Source of the DNA: Eledone cirrhosa
Lineage: Eukaryota
Direction of reading: 5' to 3'
Length of the DNA stretch: 64,000 nt
Assembly: GCA_964016885.1 (NCBI GenBank)
Contig: OZ024740.1
Span: 53,072,001-53,136,000 of the forward strand
Part shown: one piece after another, positions 12,913-26,640 of the stretch
Layout: each line of letters opens with the position of its first letter
Numbering within the stretch: the stretch's first letter is position 1
Translations under genes and position numbers: made by a program
Notes under the pieces: model-generated
The model's database searches: none
What the model saw: only the letters and a program-made list of their open reading frames with translations
Told to the model about the DNA's origin: nothing

Positions 12913-14180
12913 GTAGGAGTAACAGTATTAACACCAGCAGCAGCAGTAGTAATACAAGTAACAGTACAAACAAGAACAGCGGACTTCCACAAGATTGAAC
13001 AGTCAAAGTTCAAAGAACGACAGCAACTCTGCTCAATACAGGGTTTAAGATTCTTGCCAAGGTGCTAGCAATGATCTCGGCGTTTGTCGTCAAGACTCTG
13101 GCAGGGAAGGCACTGAGGAGTGCAATCTCGACCATGTACGTTCACAACAACCTCCACCTCATGCGATACATCATAGAGAAGATGGAGAGTAAACCTGGCT
13201 TCAGTGGAGCTATTATCAATTTGGATCAATCGAAAGCTTTCGATAGGGTTGACCATATATACCTGGAGGCAATCCTTAAAGCAGCCGGCTTTTTTGGGTC
13301 ATGTCTTCTGAGGCTGGGTCGCTGCAATGCACAGCGGCATCTGCTCAGTGGACAAAGTAAATGGCCACCTATCGGAACCGTTTCAAATCCCGCATTCGGT
13401 CAATCAATGATTCTCTCTTTCCTCCCTTCTGTATATACAGACTCTCTAGCCACTACCGAGGAAGCTGGAATTTTTGCTGGGCGTCCCAGTTGAACCAGGA
13501 CGTGCAAGGATTGCATCGGCATATGCTGACGCCATAACTGTGATGGTGTCGAGCACCTTGGAAATTGAAGTGGTCGGCACCTTGTTAGAGGAATTGTAAA
13601 ATTTGAAGGAAGCAAATATTAGCCTGGAAAAGTCGGCACCTGGAGAGGTACATACATGACATTCAACAATGTCATCGGACTGTAGATGGACGAACTGGTG
13701 AAGTTACTAGGGGTCTGGTTTGGTCTAGACCTCCAACTGGGAGGAGGTAACGAGAAAATGGCCACTCTCATCCACAAAAGGGTTGAGAGGAAGCTACACC
13801 TTAAAGGTCAGGTGGAGGTGGTGAAATCATACATCACGTCCGTCATCTATTACCGACTGACTAGCGTGCTGTGTCCCCATCCGCACCTCACTAAATTGGA
13901 GCGCTTGCTCTTTAACTTCTTGTGGAGGGGGCAGGTTCCACTGGTTTGGCGTCCATCTGCTGCCAGCACTCTCTACGCAGAGGGTTGTGCATGCCATGTC
14001 TGATATGGCAACTTCATATATTTCTGAACAGTGAACAAGTGTGGTCGCCGTTTGTAAGACAGGTCTCTTCCCAGTTCGTCTCTTTGACAGAGTTGCAGTC
14101 GTGGGTCAAGCGATTAACGAGACTGGGCACTTGGCGTCTGGATAGTTGCCAGGCGCTTACTACTCACTATTAGTCGGGCA
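12545..14180 (+). mobile_element. Degenerate, internally deleted Tx1/L1-clade LINE (older subfamily)
   Basis: ORF1-like start MADDKNFSDVFKR, then RT motifs TLLNTGFKILAKVLA, HNNLHLMRYIIE, DQSKAFDRVDH, VKLLGVWFG and SVIYYRLT matching the 33-39 kb element. Confidence 0.75.
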
Positions 14181-14544
14181 ATGCAGTCAGTGTAGTTCAG
14201 AGCTCCAGGTGAACAAGAGCCGGGATGAAGAAATTGGTCGAGAGGAAGCTATTCCTGGAAGGTCGCACACAGGTGGCGGATGCCTACATCGCCCCAGTCC
14301 TATATTATCATCCGACCACCCTGTCGTGCTCAACTTCACATCTGACATCTGGTCAGGTGATTCAATTACTGTGAACACCCGCTACGCGGACGACCAGGTG
14401 CTGTTGGTGGTGATGCAGTCATGCGCTGAGGCTACGGCATCTCCAGCAGTTTTTTTTACCGGTGAATATGTGTGGCTGCCATTTGTAGCTCCTTAATATA
14501 GTTGTAGTCGGAGAGGGTCGCTTGCAAACTACCGTCCTCAAATA

Positions 14545-14900
14545 ATAATTGTTTCTATTTTTGGCATAATCTGCATTACTAGTACGGATGAAAGGCAAAG
14601 CTAACCTCGGCAGGATTTGAACTCAGACCGTAAAGGGACGTAACTCTATGCTGCAAAGCATGGCGTCCTCAAATTATGATAGTTTCTACATTTGGGACAA
14701 TGCCAACAATTTGAAGAAGAGTGGGGAGGTTGATAGAATAGATCCCCGTGCATTACTGGTACTTTATTTTATCAACCTCCTAAGGATGAACGTCAAAGCT
14801 AACCTCAGCGGGATTTGAAATCAGTACGTAAAAGGCCGCAATTCTATACCACAAAGCAGGTTGTTCGACGCTCTACCGATATTGCCAATCCACCACCCTA
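14545..14900 (-). mobile_element. Two tRNA-derived SINE copies (a further partial copy at 15690-15797)
   Basis: Reverse complement of the SINE B-box and core (GGATGAAAGGCAAAG..GGATTTGAA). Confidence 0.75.
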
Positions 14901-15627
14901 ATAATAACCACAATGAACAAAATTAACATTACTATTATTGTTGATTGTTATCTTTGTTGATGTTATTATCAATAACGATCCCCTTCCCAATACATCCGTG
15001 GTCTTGTGCCAATATGTGACATATTTAGGATTACTGGTGCCGTTAACATTTTTTTTGCTGTTGTTGCTATTAATGTTATTTTCGCTGTTGCGGTTGTTGT
15101 TGTCGCCGTTGATGATGTTGTCAGTTCACACTGTTCTTTATATTATCAGTGAGAGAAACTGAGTGAAGTCTTCTTTATCAAGGCCCATCATACATAATAG
15201 CCATCAGTAAAAGATTAGTGCACTCCAAGTCCCACCACCATCACAATATTTCGGTTGCTACCATGACAATCATCATCCGAACAATCATCATCAACTTTAA
15301 AACCATCACCTTCACTACCATTTACTCCCACTGCCGCTACTATCATACTTTTCGGTATGTTTGACAAGCTGACAGTAACAGTAAGATAGCAGTGGGTGTA
15401 GGAGGGATAGAATAGAAAGAAAAAAACAACAACAAAGAAGGAGGTGTGTATAGGGACAGGAAGATGAAAAGGGAGGAGAACAAAACAAAGCAAAAAAGAA
15501 AAAAAACGAAAAAAAGAAGGCTGAAACAAGAAGGAAAAGAAATAGAGAAAAGGAGAAAAGGAATAGACGAATAAAAAGAGAAAACGATGAAAAAGAAGAG
15601 AAAAGCCGGAAGATGTGGAAGAGGAGG

Positions 15628-15628
<1 letters not shown>

Positions 15629-15689
<61 letters not shown>

Positions 15690-15838
15690 TGTTTCTACTT
15701 ATGGCACAAGGCCAGCAATTATACCAGTGTATTACTGGTACTTTATTTTATCGACCCCGTAAGGATGAAAGGTAAAGTTAACCTCGGCTGGATTTGAAGA
15801 AGACGAAAAGAAGAAAAAAGAAGACGAAGAAGAAGAAG

Positions 15839-15871
<33 letters not shown>

Positions 15872-16229
15872 AAGAAGAAGAAGAAGAAGAAGAAGAAGAA
15901 GAAGAAGGAGAAGAAGAGAAAAGGTGTAGAATGAAGAAGTAGCAGATGATAATGTTTACGACATTGATGGCGATAATAATAATGATGATGATGATGATAT
16001 TGACAATGACGATGATGTTATGGTGACCATGATGATGAATAGGAGGGGTAGGAGAAGGAGGAGAAAGAAGAATGAGGAGGAGGAGAAAGAAGGAGGAGGA
16101 GGAGGAAGGCAAAGAAGAAGAGTATAACGAAGAGGATAAGTAAAATAACATCAACACCCACAATTGTAATAGCAACATTTTGATGATAATGATGACAAAA
16201 TGATGATGGCGGTGATAATAGCGATGATA

Positions 16230-16300
<71 letters not shown>

Positions 16301-16367
16301 GGTGGTGGTGATGATGATGGTGATTATGATGGTGATGATGATGATGGCGGTGATAATAGCGATGATA

Positions 16368-16412
<45 letters not shown>

Positions 16413-16496
16413 ATGGTGATGATGATGATGGTGGTGGTGATGATGATGGTGATTATGATGGTGATGATGATGATGGCGGTGATAATAGCGATGATA

Positions 16497-16549
<53 letters not shown>

Positions 16550-16740
16550 GGTGGTGGTGATGATGATATTATGATAATGATAAGATGATGATGATGGTGG
16601 TGACAATAACGATGATAATGATAATGATAATGATGATGATGATGATGATTATGGTGGTAGTAGTGGTGGTGGTGGTGATGATGATGATGATGATGGTAGT
16701 AGTGGTGGCGATGATGATGATGACAATTTGATGATGATGA
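15629..16740. repeat. Compound trinucleotide block: (TAA)n, (GAA)n and (GAT)n with three higher-order units
   Basis: Read directly; the marker GGCGGTGATAATAGCG recurs at 16208, 16346 and 16475. Confidence 0.9.
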
Positions 16741-17093
16741 CTACGACTACAATGGAAAGGAAGGTCGGAGGTAAGAGCTTAGCTTATGCGATACAACTGT
16801 AGAGGAGATGTTTGAAAAAGATGCGAAAGTTTTAGCACCTAAGGTGACGGTCTCGCTAAAACTAATTTGTCACAATGTTCATTCAGTAAAGGAGAACACC
16901 CCTCCCCCTTTTCGTTTTGTTTTTAGTTTTATTTTCTTCTCTCTCGGCTCAAACAATGGACAAACGCTTACACACTTACTGTAGAGAGCAGCCAGAGACA
17001 CTTTACTTTCTCTTTCGTTCCAGCGCCCTCCAGAGCTCAGCTCAGCTCGGCTCCAACCCCTCCTGGGAGTTAGATTACTTTAAAAATATACAT

Positions 17094-17132
<39 letters not shown>

Positions 17133-17136
17133 ATAA

Positions 17137-17192
<56 letters not shown>

Positions 17193-17258
17193 ATAATAGT
17201 AGTAGTAGTAGTAGTGTTGGTGGTGGTGGTGGTAGCAGTGTTGTAGTAGTAGTAGTAG
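17094..17258. repeat. (GTA)n microsatellite
   Basis: Read directly. Confidence 0.95.
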
Positions 17259-17669
17259 CTTTAGTAGTCCTTGTCGAGGTGGAGGGGGTGAAGCTATTCC
17301 TTTATGCGTAAGAAATTCACCGCAGCAAAAGGAGTGGTTAATCACTATGCTTGTGAAGTACGTGGAAATAAGGGAACAAGTTCGACTCCTTTAGGGGGTG
17401 TTGCAGAAAACTGTAGGGGGCCTCTATGGCAATCCGAGTCAGTTGTTGTTGAGTTACATCTTCACCTCCTGTCATCATTGAGCCTCTTGGGCGATGATAA
17501 TTAGAGATAAGTTAGTTGTCAAGCCACAGCACAGAGACATGAAGCTCTATCTATTTAATATTATATGTGTACTTTCACATGTACATGTATGTATGTATGT
17601 ATGTATGTATGTATGTATGTATGTATGTATGTATGTATGTATGTATGTATGTATGTGTGTGTATGTATG

Positions 17670-17703
<34 letters not shown>

Positions 17704-18082
17704 TGTATGTATGTATGTATATATGTATGCAGAGAACAAATAAAAGCGTGTGGCGGAGAATCGCATATGCACTTAGATTTACATACATTCGTACACACAG
17801 GCATACATACATAAATATATACATACATGCATACATACATACACATATACATACACACATACATACATGCATACATACATACGCTCAGCCTCAGAAACAC
17901 ATATATGCATAAATTCTTGTGTATATATATTACTCATTGTTTATATACATCACGTTAATAACATTTCTCAAGAGATAAAAGTTTTACATGCTTACGTTTG
18001 AATATGTGTAACTCTATGGGGGCGTCTCGATATATATATATGTACATGTACGTATATACATATATACATACAACAATCTCCC

Positions 18083-18192
<110 letters not shown>

Positions 18193-18330
18193 AGAGTTAA
18201 ACAAGATTCAATGAATACATCAAAGAATGAGTTTTACAATAGATTGGAAGCACTCTACAAGAAATATTTTCCAGAGTTATTAATATTAATTCAAAATTAT
18301 TAACAAAATAGATATTCTTGTGATCAATTA

Positions 18331-18397
18331 TATTTTATTATACATATTTCAGAGGTACTGAATTAAGTTCAATAGTACGTCCTCATCAGATAAAATA
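18331..18397 (-). ncRNA. Type I hammerhead (AT-rich family B-like)
   Basis: Minus strand reads TATTTTAT CTGATGA ggacGTACT..AGTACctct GAAA TATGTA TA ATAAAATA; 8-bp stem I. Confidence 0.75.
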
Positions 18398-18468
18398 AAA
18401 TGATACATGACATACCCTGACATGGTAGATGGTTAAGATTTAATCAAGATTTAATTATATACATATAT

Positions 18469-18945
18469 ATATACGATATTAATAAATGGAAACTATATTT
18501 ATAAAACTATATTTATTTCATTATACATATTTCAGGGATACCACATTAAATTATGGTATGCCTTCATCAGATAAAATACAATATATAACAGTTTTACAAA
18601 TAGCTTTGACGTACCCTTTTAAAATACAACCATTACTTTTGGAGGCTGTCTGGATAGTAATGGTTGTATTTTACAAGGGTACGTCAAAGCTATTTGTAAT
18701 GGTTGTATTTTAAAAGGGTACGTCAAAGCTATTTGTAAAACTGTTATATATTGTATATTATCTGATGAAGGCATACCATAATTTAATGTGGTATCCCTGA
18801 AATATGTATAATGAAATAAATATGGTTTTATAAATATAGTTTCCATTTATTAATATCGTATATCTACTCCAAAAACTTGTCGAGTGCTTTATATCAGTTA
18901 TAAAAATATTTACTTGTTGTATCCCAACAACTTTAAATAGAACTT
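18469..18945. mobile_element. Penelope pLTR-like fold-back, family B, with HHRs at 18514-18578 (-) and 18754-18818 (+)
   Basis: Inverted arms about 18469-18636 and 18696-18863; 39-bp tandem duplication at the centre; plus arm reads TTAT CTGATGA AGG-cATACCATA..TGTGGTATc-CCT GAAA TATGTA TA ATGA. Confidence 0.75.
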
Positions 18946-18946
18946 T

Positions 18947-19002
<56 letters not shown>

Positions 19003-19005
<3 letters not shown>

Positions 19006-19152
19006 ATAATAATAAATGAGAAGACTAAAATCCAAAGAGGGTTCGATAAGGATAAATATATATCAAATATATAAGAACCATAGAGCAAATATTTATTACA
19101 ATAACAGATTAAAATTTGAGCAAAGAATCGCTGCTTTCACCCTTGACGGGAT
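19003..19152 (-). mobile_element. pLTR-like cassette, family F (partial HHR)
   Basis: Homologous to 33138-33290, 41360-41465, 52160-52255 and 52537-52680; abuts (TA)n. Confidence 0.6.
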
Positions 19153-20039
19153 GAATTACTCAATACATAAATGTCCTCATATATCTTGCGTATTAAATAC
19201 ATACACACATACGTATTTTAACCCAATAGATAATTATATAACTATTGAGATTTCATAAATGTATTAATCACCCTGACATCCACTTGTACACAGACATACA
19301 AAAATACGCAAATATATATTTACACACACACACATATATATATGAATGTGTATGTATGTTTATATTAATACAAAACATGACAATCGTAGTGGTCAGTTCG
19401 GTATTTGGATGTTTACAATTACCACTTATATGAAGGCACACCAGTCGTATTATGTAAAAGTTGAGCTACAGAATGTAGGGAAGAAAACTTCATGGGAATA
19501 ATTCTACATAAATATCTAAACGTTATATGTTCTATAGTGAGGATGGGGCTGTAAATTGAACAATACAATTTTATTTCTGCGAATATTCTCGGAGTTATGA
19601 GATACAATACAGACAGTACATCAATAAACATCAGAAACATATGAAACTAAAACTAGAATAGTAGTTTGAAACGACAAAATTTAAAACTTTAAACTCTAAA
19701 CTACATTAGGTGAAACAAAAGCTTAAAGGCGCAGTTGGAAACTAATATATGAATCTACATACTATAAATGTCAAATGCCAAATGCTGCCCACCGTAGCTT
19801 AAACGCAAACAACACAGGTTGAAAGTTACTAGAAATTTATATGGAGAATAAATAAGTTCAACAAGCAAGGGTAAATGGCTGGAAGAGCGAGAGCAGAGTT
19901 ACTGCAAGCATGTCGAAAAAAAGCAATATGAGATCAATGGCACAATTGTAAAAGACCAACAAAAATACCCAGTTCAATATCTTGTAACAAATTATAATCT
20001 GTGACTAATAATTATTAGCCACAGAATCTGACATTTTTA

Positions 20040-20400
20040 TCGCCGAGATTTGGATGGAAAGTGCAACCATGTCAGGTTAGACCTGCCTAAATGGCTTTCA
20101 ACTTTTGTGATTTTCTTTCTCATAAAAAATAGCCCAACGATTCAAGTAAAACATTACTGCCCAATAGCCTTCTAGGACATCATACATTACATATAGATTG
20201 GATGTTTTAATTTGTGCTTACATGATCTTTGAGCAATCAGCAATCAATTATATTATACCCGAGCAAATTGGAGAACAGAACGAAGTATGGGGTGGTATAG
20301 AGCAACTTCTAATCAACATAACGCTGCATGAGCTTAGCTGTAATGTGGTTGAACTACCAGAAAGCCTTTAAAGGTATACTATGACAGCACATAGGCTTCA
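20040..20400 (+). mobile_element. Degenerate R4/Dong-like RT relic
   Basis: Frames give YCPIAF, GIEQLLIN and VMWLNYQKAF, resembling NYRPI, GCKDQLLI and WIDYKKAF. Confidence 0.45.
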
Positions 20401-21454
20401 GCTCGGATTTATCAAAAACTTAAAATTGCTCCTTAGGTATGTCAATCCACATCTCACACACAACAAAATCTCAAAGGCTCAAATTCACCAAGTAGTTCAG
20501 ATGAAAAAGAGGCCCACAGAATTTGGAGAATATTACGCTTCGAGACAACCATATGACCTTCCACGCATCTCTCAAGCTCATTCTGTCCCATTCTCCATCA
20601 ATTCTAGGTGTCCACTTGTGTTTCTATCTGTAACCCCACATTTCATCACATGCATAAATATCTATTTGTCGCCATGTTTACTAAAGCCCACACTTAAGCA
20701 AGTGATATCTCCTTCCAATATTCCTTGAACTACCCTACCAATGTGTAAATCACACAACCTGAACACCCCATGCCGAATATATGGACAGAATTATCTTGTC
20801 ATTTTCAACAGAAAATAAAAATAATAATAGACTCCACGCCCCACAAGGATTGCTCATACCAAAAAAACATAAATGAGCATCCCTAACATATCTATGACTG
20901 AATCTAAAAAACTGGACATTATCTTCCTGAAAATACTAACGCTCTACAAATCTTAGATGAAACACACAATAGTGTACCATTCCTATGTGTGGTACAAGAT
21001 GCTGTTGCACACGCAGATATCCCAGACCACATCCAAAGAAATGACACCCAATTGAATGGCATTACTTTGCAGACAAGCATTACCCTTTAGCCCACAGAGA
21101 TGCTGTTTCACCCTCCCTTTTCTACCGCTTCTATAATGACCTCTGATACCCTGAGTTCGCTGATATCATGTCACCTCTTTAGTAGAGGCCATGAGTACTG
21201 TATAGTACTTCAGACAGCAAAGAAAAAAAAAATCGATGATCGTTTTGTTTCTGCTGGGACACGGGAAGTAAGATGTTCCATTTGAAAATTAAATGTAGTT
21301 CTGTGCCCAATTCATTCACCATAATCAGTTTCACGTACATGTACAGGACATATACAATATATACAGCTCTGTTATAACCATTCGGACTAACTCTCCGTTA
21401 TAAGGATAGTTTCTTCTCTTCTTTTTACGAGTCTGTCCGGAGGTCGGAGAAAAG

Positions 21455-21552
21455 ATCATGGGCACTGCTCTTCTAACTCTAAGTTATTAAAAACTGGATA
21501 GAACTGCCACTCCGTCAACAGCTTTTGAATGGACCGCATCAATAGAGTAAAG

Positions 21553-21553
<1 letters not shown>
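21455..21553 (+). repeat. Unclassified ~100-bp interspersed repeat (second copy 29614-29713)
   Basis: GATCATGG..TTCTAACTCTAA.TTATTAAAAACTGGATAGAA..AATAGAGTAAAGGA in both copies, each followed by a microsatellite. Confidence 0.65.
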
Positions 21554-21616
<63 letters not shown>

Positions 21617-24600
21617 TTTTTCTTTATTAGCCAAAGGGGCACAAAAGAAGGGAACAAATACAAAGGGGGAAGTTTACATACAATAAAAACGTGTAAAATA
21701 CTATCACAATTTCAAGTTAAAAATTAATCGATTTTCCCCAATAGGCGGAGACATTACATATGGGTAACACATACCCCCGAAAAAATGTGCAACCCTCATC
21801 TCCAGGAGTACGAAGAGTGAGTACCCCTTTCCTCTCTTCCTCTTTTTCCTCAATCTACAGGCCATTCTCGCCACATTCACCCACCTTTCATAAAACTTTC
21901 TGGGGTACAGCACCTCTCTCTCCATCCTGATTCTTCTCCCAAAGTGGTATTTGAAAAAAAGAATCAGTTGTTGGCCGGAGAGAAAGGTGTCTGACCTCAG
22001 CCCTTTTAACCTCGTCCACCATACAACCTCTTTCGACATAGCTATCACACAAAGGAAAACCGCTTCTCTTTCGTTTTTGAAGGAGGGTGGCGGTTTGATC
22101 ATGACAATGGACTCGGTGGTCAGCGGCATTGGTTCCACCCGCGACAATAGTCGGTCTACATTGCCCCAAAGGTCGGTAACGCCCGGGCAGTGTACGAATG
22201 CGTGCGCGTCGGTTTCTTCATCTCGCACGCACTCGGACAGATCCTTTTCGAAGGGTCCCTTCCCGGGCGCCCATGTCTGTAGAGATTGTTTCGAACTCGT
22301 AGAGCTCCTCGGTAGCACAGCCAGGCCAGGGACTTTTGGAAGTTGTCCATTGGTCCCGGGTGGAAGGTCCTACCGAACAGACAGGCCAGTTCGTCTTCCT
22401 CTACGCCCAGAGCTTCTCCGAGCGCGTCGTCGCACATGCTGCGGACCAACCCTCTATAGAATGACGAAGTGGATTCTCCACTGATCGCCGGGTCCGCCTG
22501 CCAGAGGGCTGTGAGCGCCTGAGCACATTCGATGTGCCAGTCGGTCATTTTCCTCGGTCTTTGCTTGACCCAGGACTGCAGCTCGGTCAGCGAGACGGTT
22601 GTCCGTTGAGGAATACGTGGAGATGCCGCAGCCTGAGCGCGTGTTTGCGCATCGTCAGCCACGGCATCTCCAGCCCTCCGTTGGAAGGATCTTCTCACCG
22701 ACAGCAGATGGATCTTCTCACCAAAGGAGCCCGCTTCTTCCAAAGGAATTGGAAGAGCGCGTGCTCCATTTTGGTGAGCGTTTTGGCTGGACAAGGCACG
22801 ACGGTCAAGCGGTAGTAGATTACGGATGCTATAAAAGTGTTCGCCACCTCCGCTAGACCTTTCAAGGATAGTTTGTACTCGGCCCACTTCTGGGTGAGTG
22901 CAAACACCTTGGCCGTAACCTCGTTCCAGTTCTTCTCCACCTGGAGGTCAGGAACAAACCAGACCCCGAGCAGCTTCACCCGTACTTCCGTCCAGCGTCC
23001 GACGACGCCATTGGAAGGCATCGGTTTGCCTCTCCACAATCCGAGTTGCAAACCGAAGCCGGTTTTCCCCCCAACACTCTCTACGATGTATCGCATGAGA
23101 TGGAGGTTGTTGTGTATGGACCTGGTCGGGATTGCGCATGTCTGCGCTTCTCCCACCATGTTTTTGACGACAAGCGCCAGCCTCTTTGCAAACACATTGG
23201 CCAAAATCTGTAAGTCTGTGTTTAGCAGAGTTATGGGCCGGAAGTTGCCTATGTCATCCCCCTTATTCTCGTCCTTCCTGACTAGCGTGACTACGCCCGT
23301 GGTCATAGAACTGGGAATTCTACCGTTCTGCCGCCAGTTGCAGTAGACCACTTCCAGGAGAACAGAGAACAAGTCCGGCATTACTACGTAAAATTCGTAG
23401 GGTAAACCGTCAAGACCTGGAGATTTGCGTTTGCCGCATTGGCTCAGCGCGTCCCCTATCTCAACGCCTGAAATCGGCCTTTCGCAGAACTTCGCCTCGC
23501 TGTTCGAGAGTCGCAGCAAGCCGTCGAGGTATGGACCGAAATCCATAGCCCCTCTCGGCGCGCTGCCCTGCCCGAACAGTTGAGCAAAGTGCCACTGAAA
23601 GGCCGCACACATCTGCTTCGGCTCACATATCACGCGTCCGTCTTGGTCCTTCAAAGACCGAATCGTGGACTTGTTGCCACTTTTTGCCTCCGTCACCCGG
23701 GCCCAGCTAACAGCTTTGGCCCACGCGTTACCCAGAGCACGTATTTTGCTTCTGACAACGCAGCCCTCATGTTTTGCGTCGAAGAACTGGTCCAAGGCCG
23801 TTCTCGTTGCTATTTCTATCTAACGCTAATTCTTTACTAAAAACTAACGAGTCTAATCTAACTTCCCTCTTGAGAGAGTACCACCATCTGTTGTTGACAA
23901 TAGCCCCTGTCAAGTGCCATTTAACTAAAGCGCTAATCCGTCTACTGTAGGCTTTGCATGTCGTTAACGACAAGTTCAGCTTCCAGTAGCCGGGTCCCTG
24001 TCTATGAGTTCTATCAAGGTTGACCATGCAGGTCACTAGTTTGTGATCTGAATAGGCAACCATGAACATTTGTGGACAGCTTAACATGTCCCTATCCTTC
24101 TTTCTAACTAGAACCCTATCTAGGTACGATCTAGATGTTTCGATGAGATTACTCCACGTCCACAGTGGCACAGTCGGAAAATCTAGTCGATATCTATCGG
24201 CCAGGTCAAATCGGCTGATTAACTGTTTGAGGCTGTTACACCCCCCTTTCTATCGGGACATGCTCCCACATAGTCACAACGTGCATCTAGGATTTCATTC
24301 CAGTCCCCCACTAAAAGCAAGGAGCGGGACGTTCCCAGAAAAGTCTCTAGACGTTTGAAGAAGTCTGGCCGCGAAGTCCCGGATGGGGCATATGCGGCCA
24401 CCAGCCTGAAGGCTCCACCTTCACTACCGTCAACGTCTAGGTCCACCAGTCGACTCTCCGGGTCCAGATGTACCGTCTGTGTTACGAGGCCCAGGTTTTT
24501 CCTCAGCATATCGGTAACCCCCCCACCCCACCTTCCGGCTAACATAGAGATGCGTAGATCTCATAGTCATCGAAGATGGGAGCCAGCTGTTGCTCGCTGT

Positions 24601-26637
24601 GGATCCTGGACTCGCAGATGGCAATTACATCCATACTGTGCGACCAGAGGTCGTTTAAGAGTTTGCCCTGTTTCCAGGGCATCCCCAGGCCGCGCACATT
24701 CACACAACCGACTCTTACATTCGCCATGTTGGTGAGGAAGAGTTTGAAAAGAAAAGGAAGAGTTCACTCACCTTTTCATTACCTGGAGAGCGGGTCGCTC
24801 AAGTTCCATGGGGGTGTTGGAGGGGTTGTCTGTGTGGGTGGTGGTTTCCGGCGTGGTGGGGACGGAGATTTTTGGTGGAGAGGGGGTGTCTGGTGGGATG
24901 GAGGTGTCTGGGTGGGGGTGTCTGGGGCGAGGGTGTCTGGGGTGGGGAGACATTTGAGAAGAACGCGCTTAAGTGGTTTCACGCAGGAATTCCCCACGTT
25001 TCTTTTAGGGACCTATAAATTTGTATAGGGACCCTAATCAGTTTTAGGTTCGGTTTTTTATTATTTTTTATTAGAGTTTGCGAAAGTTTTCCCTTCGGTT
25101 TTCACCGAAGGGTTGTTCGTGATGGTCTCCATTAGTGTTTTGTTTTCAGTGTTTATGTATGTGTAAGTTTAATTTTCTTGTGTTGTGTTTGTTTTTGTCT
25201 GTAGTTCTTGTGTGTGCTTTCGTTTTGTTGTAGGTATTTTGTTTTCAGGAGGTGGGGGTTTTGTTTGTGATGTTTTTGTTGTTTCTGTTGGAGGTTATAT
25301 GTTTGTGGTAGTGTTTGCTGGTTTTTTGTTTTTGTGGTGTCTTTTCTTTCTTTTCGAGCGATGGGGTTCTCCTTCGTCTTCACTGGGTGATGACGAGATA
25401 GCCTCATCTGTTGCATCGTCTGTGTGATTGGGGAGGGGTATGTCTTGGAGAGCTGTTGTGTCTGTATGTGATTTTGCAGTGGTTTTAGGTGGAGTGAGGT
25501 TGGGTGCGACTGTGTTTGTTGTGGTTATTTTTGTGTGTTGGTGTTGTTGTTGTTGTGGTGGTGGTGGTTGTGTTATTTTGATGGCTGCCGGCAGAAGAGT
25601 CTTTTTTTTTACTCATTAATTTAGGACAGGAAGCCCTCAGATGATCACTGCTAAAGCAGTGGTAACATGAAGGCCGCCTACCCTCATCCGAAAGGTTTAT
25701 GTAGGTGATCCCGACCAGGAGTACACGTTGTGGGATCCTAGCTATTCGTTCTGGGCTCATTTGCACTAGAACTTCAAGGCTAGTCCCATTAAATACATCT
25801 CTGGGGGACTTTCCTACTGAAAGTATTCTGTCTTCAACAAAATTGATGAAGCCGCACAGTATCCACCATGTTTACCTTTGGTGTGACACTTGTGATTCTA
25901 ATCTTTTGTGTCCGTTTTCCCATGTATATAGGGGAAAAAGGTATACAGGTTGGATACAATTGGCGACAGAGAGTAATTTTGAGCCGTCAATTGATCCTTC
26001 ATGAGTACCAAAATACTCCCAAAGAGTTTGCCTCTTTGAATGAATGAAATATCATTCATTGAATTTTTGAAAACCAGTTTAATTTCTTTCTGTTACAATT
26101 GGACCGGTTTTCTGGTAGAATTGGTAACTGTCCTAAAAACTATCGTTTTGAGGGCAGTTTCCTTGCGAATTTCTACAGGGGAATTGATGCTGAAAGTACC
26201 ATTCTTTTCAAAAGTAACATATCTCCTAGCGTCCTTTAGAAATTGTTCAGCATTTGATATGTCGAGATATGTTAGTTCCTCCTTTTTCTGAACTGTCTGT
26301 CAAAGGAGATTTTCGGTTTCTTTGTGGAATTATCCGTGTTGGTGGTGTTGTCATTATTGTTGTTATTCTTGTTGTTCTTGTTCTCACTGATGTTGATATT
26401 GTACGTATTTTCCTTGGTGTTGGTGTTGTTGTTGTCTTTGATGCTGGTATTATTGGTGTTGTCTTTATTTTTTCTTTGTTGTTGTTGTCATTGTTGTTTT
26501 TATCATCATTATTGGTGTTGTAGTTGTTATTTTTGTTGTCATTGTACTGTTTGGTGTCATTTGTGTCATTATTATTTTTTTTGTTTGGATTTAAATCCGT
26601 TTTTAGAATTTTATTTTTTCTTTCCATCTCCATAGTA
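21617..26637 (-). mobile_element. Tx1/L1-clade LINE, 5'-truncated with internal deletions (RT core lost)
   Basis: Collinear with 33650-39112; ORF1 CCHC (CYHCFSSDHLRASC), APE motifs (NVRGL, GDWN, YLDR, SDH), RT N-part; AATAAA then (TCTA)n at the 3' end. Confidence 0.9.
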
Positions 26638-26640
26638 TCT

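Noticed and set aside
16151-16606. Poly-Met and poly-Ile ORFs
   Set aside because: Translation of a (GAT)n microsatellite.
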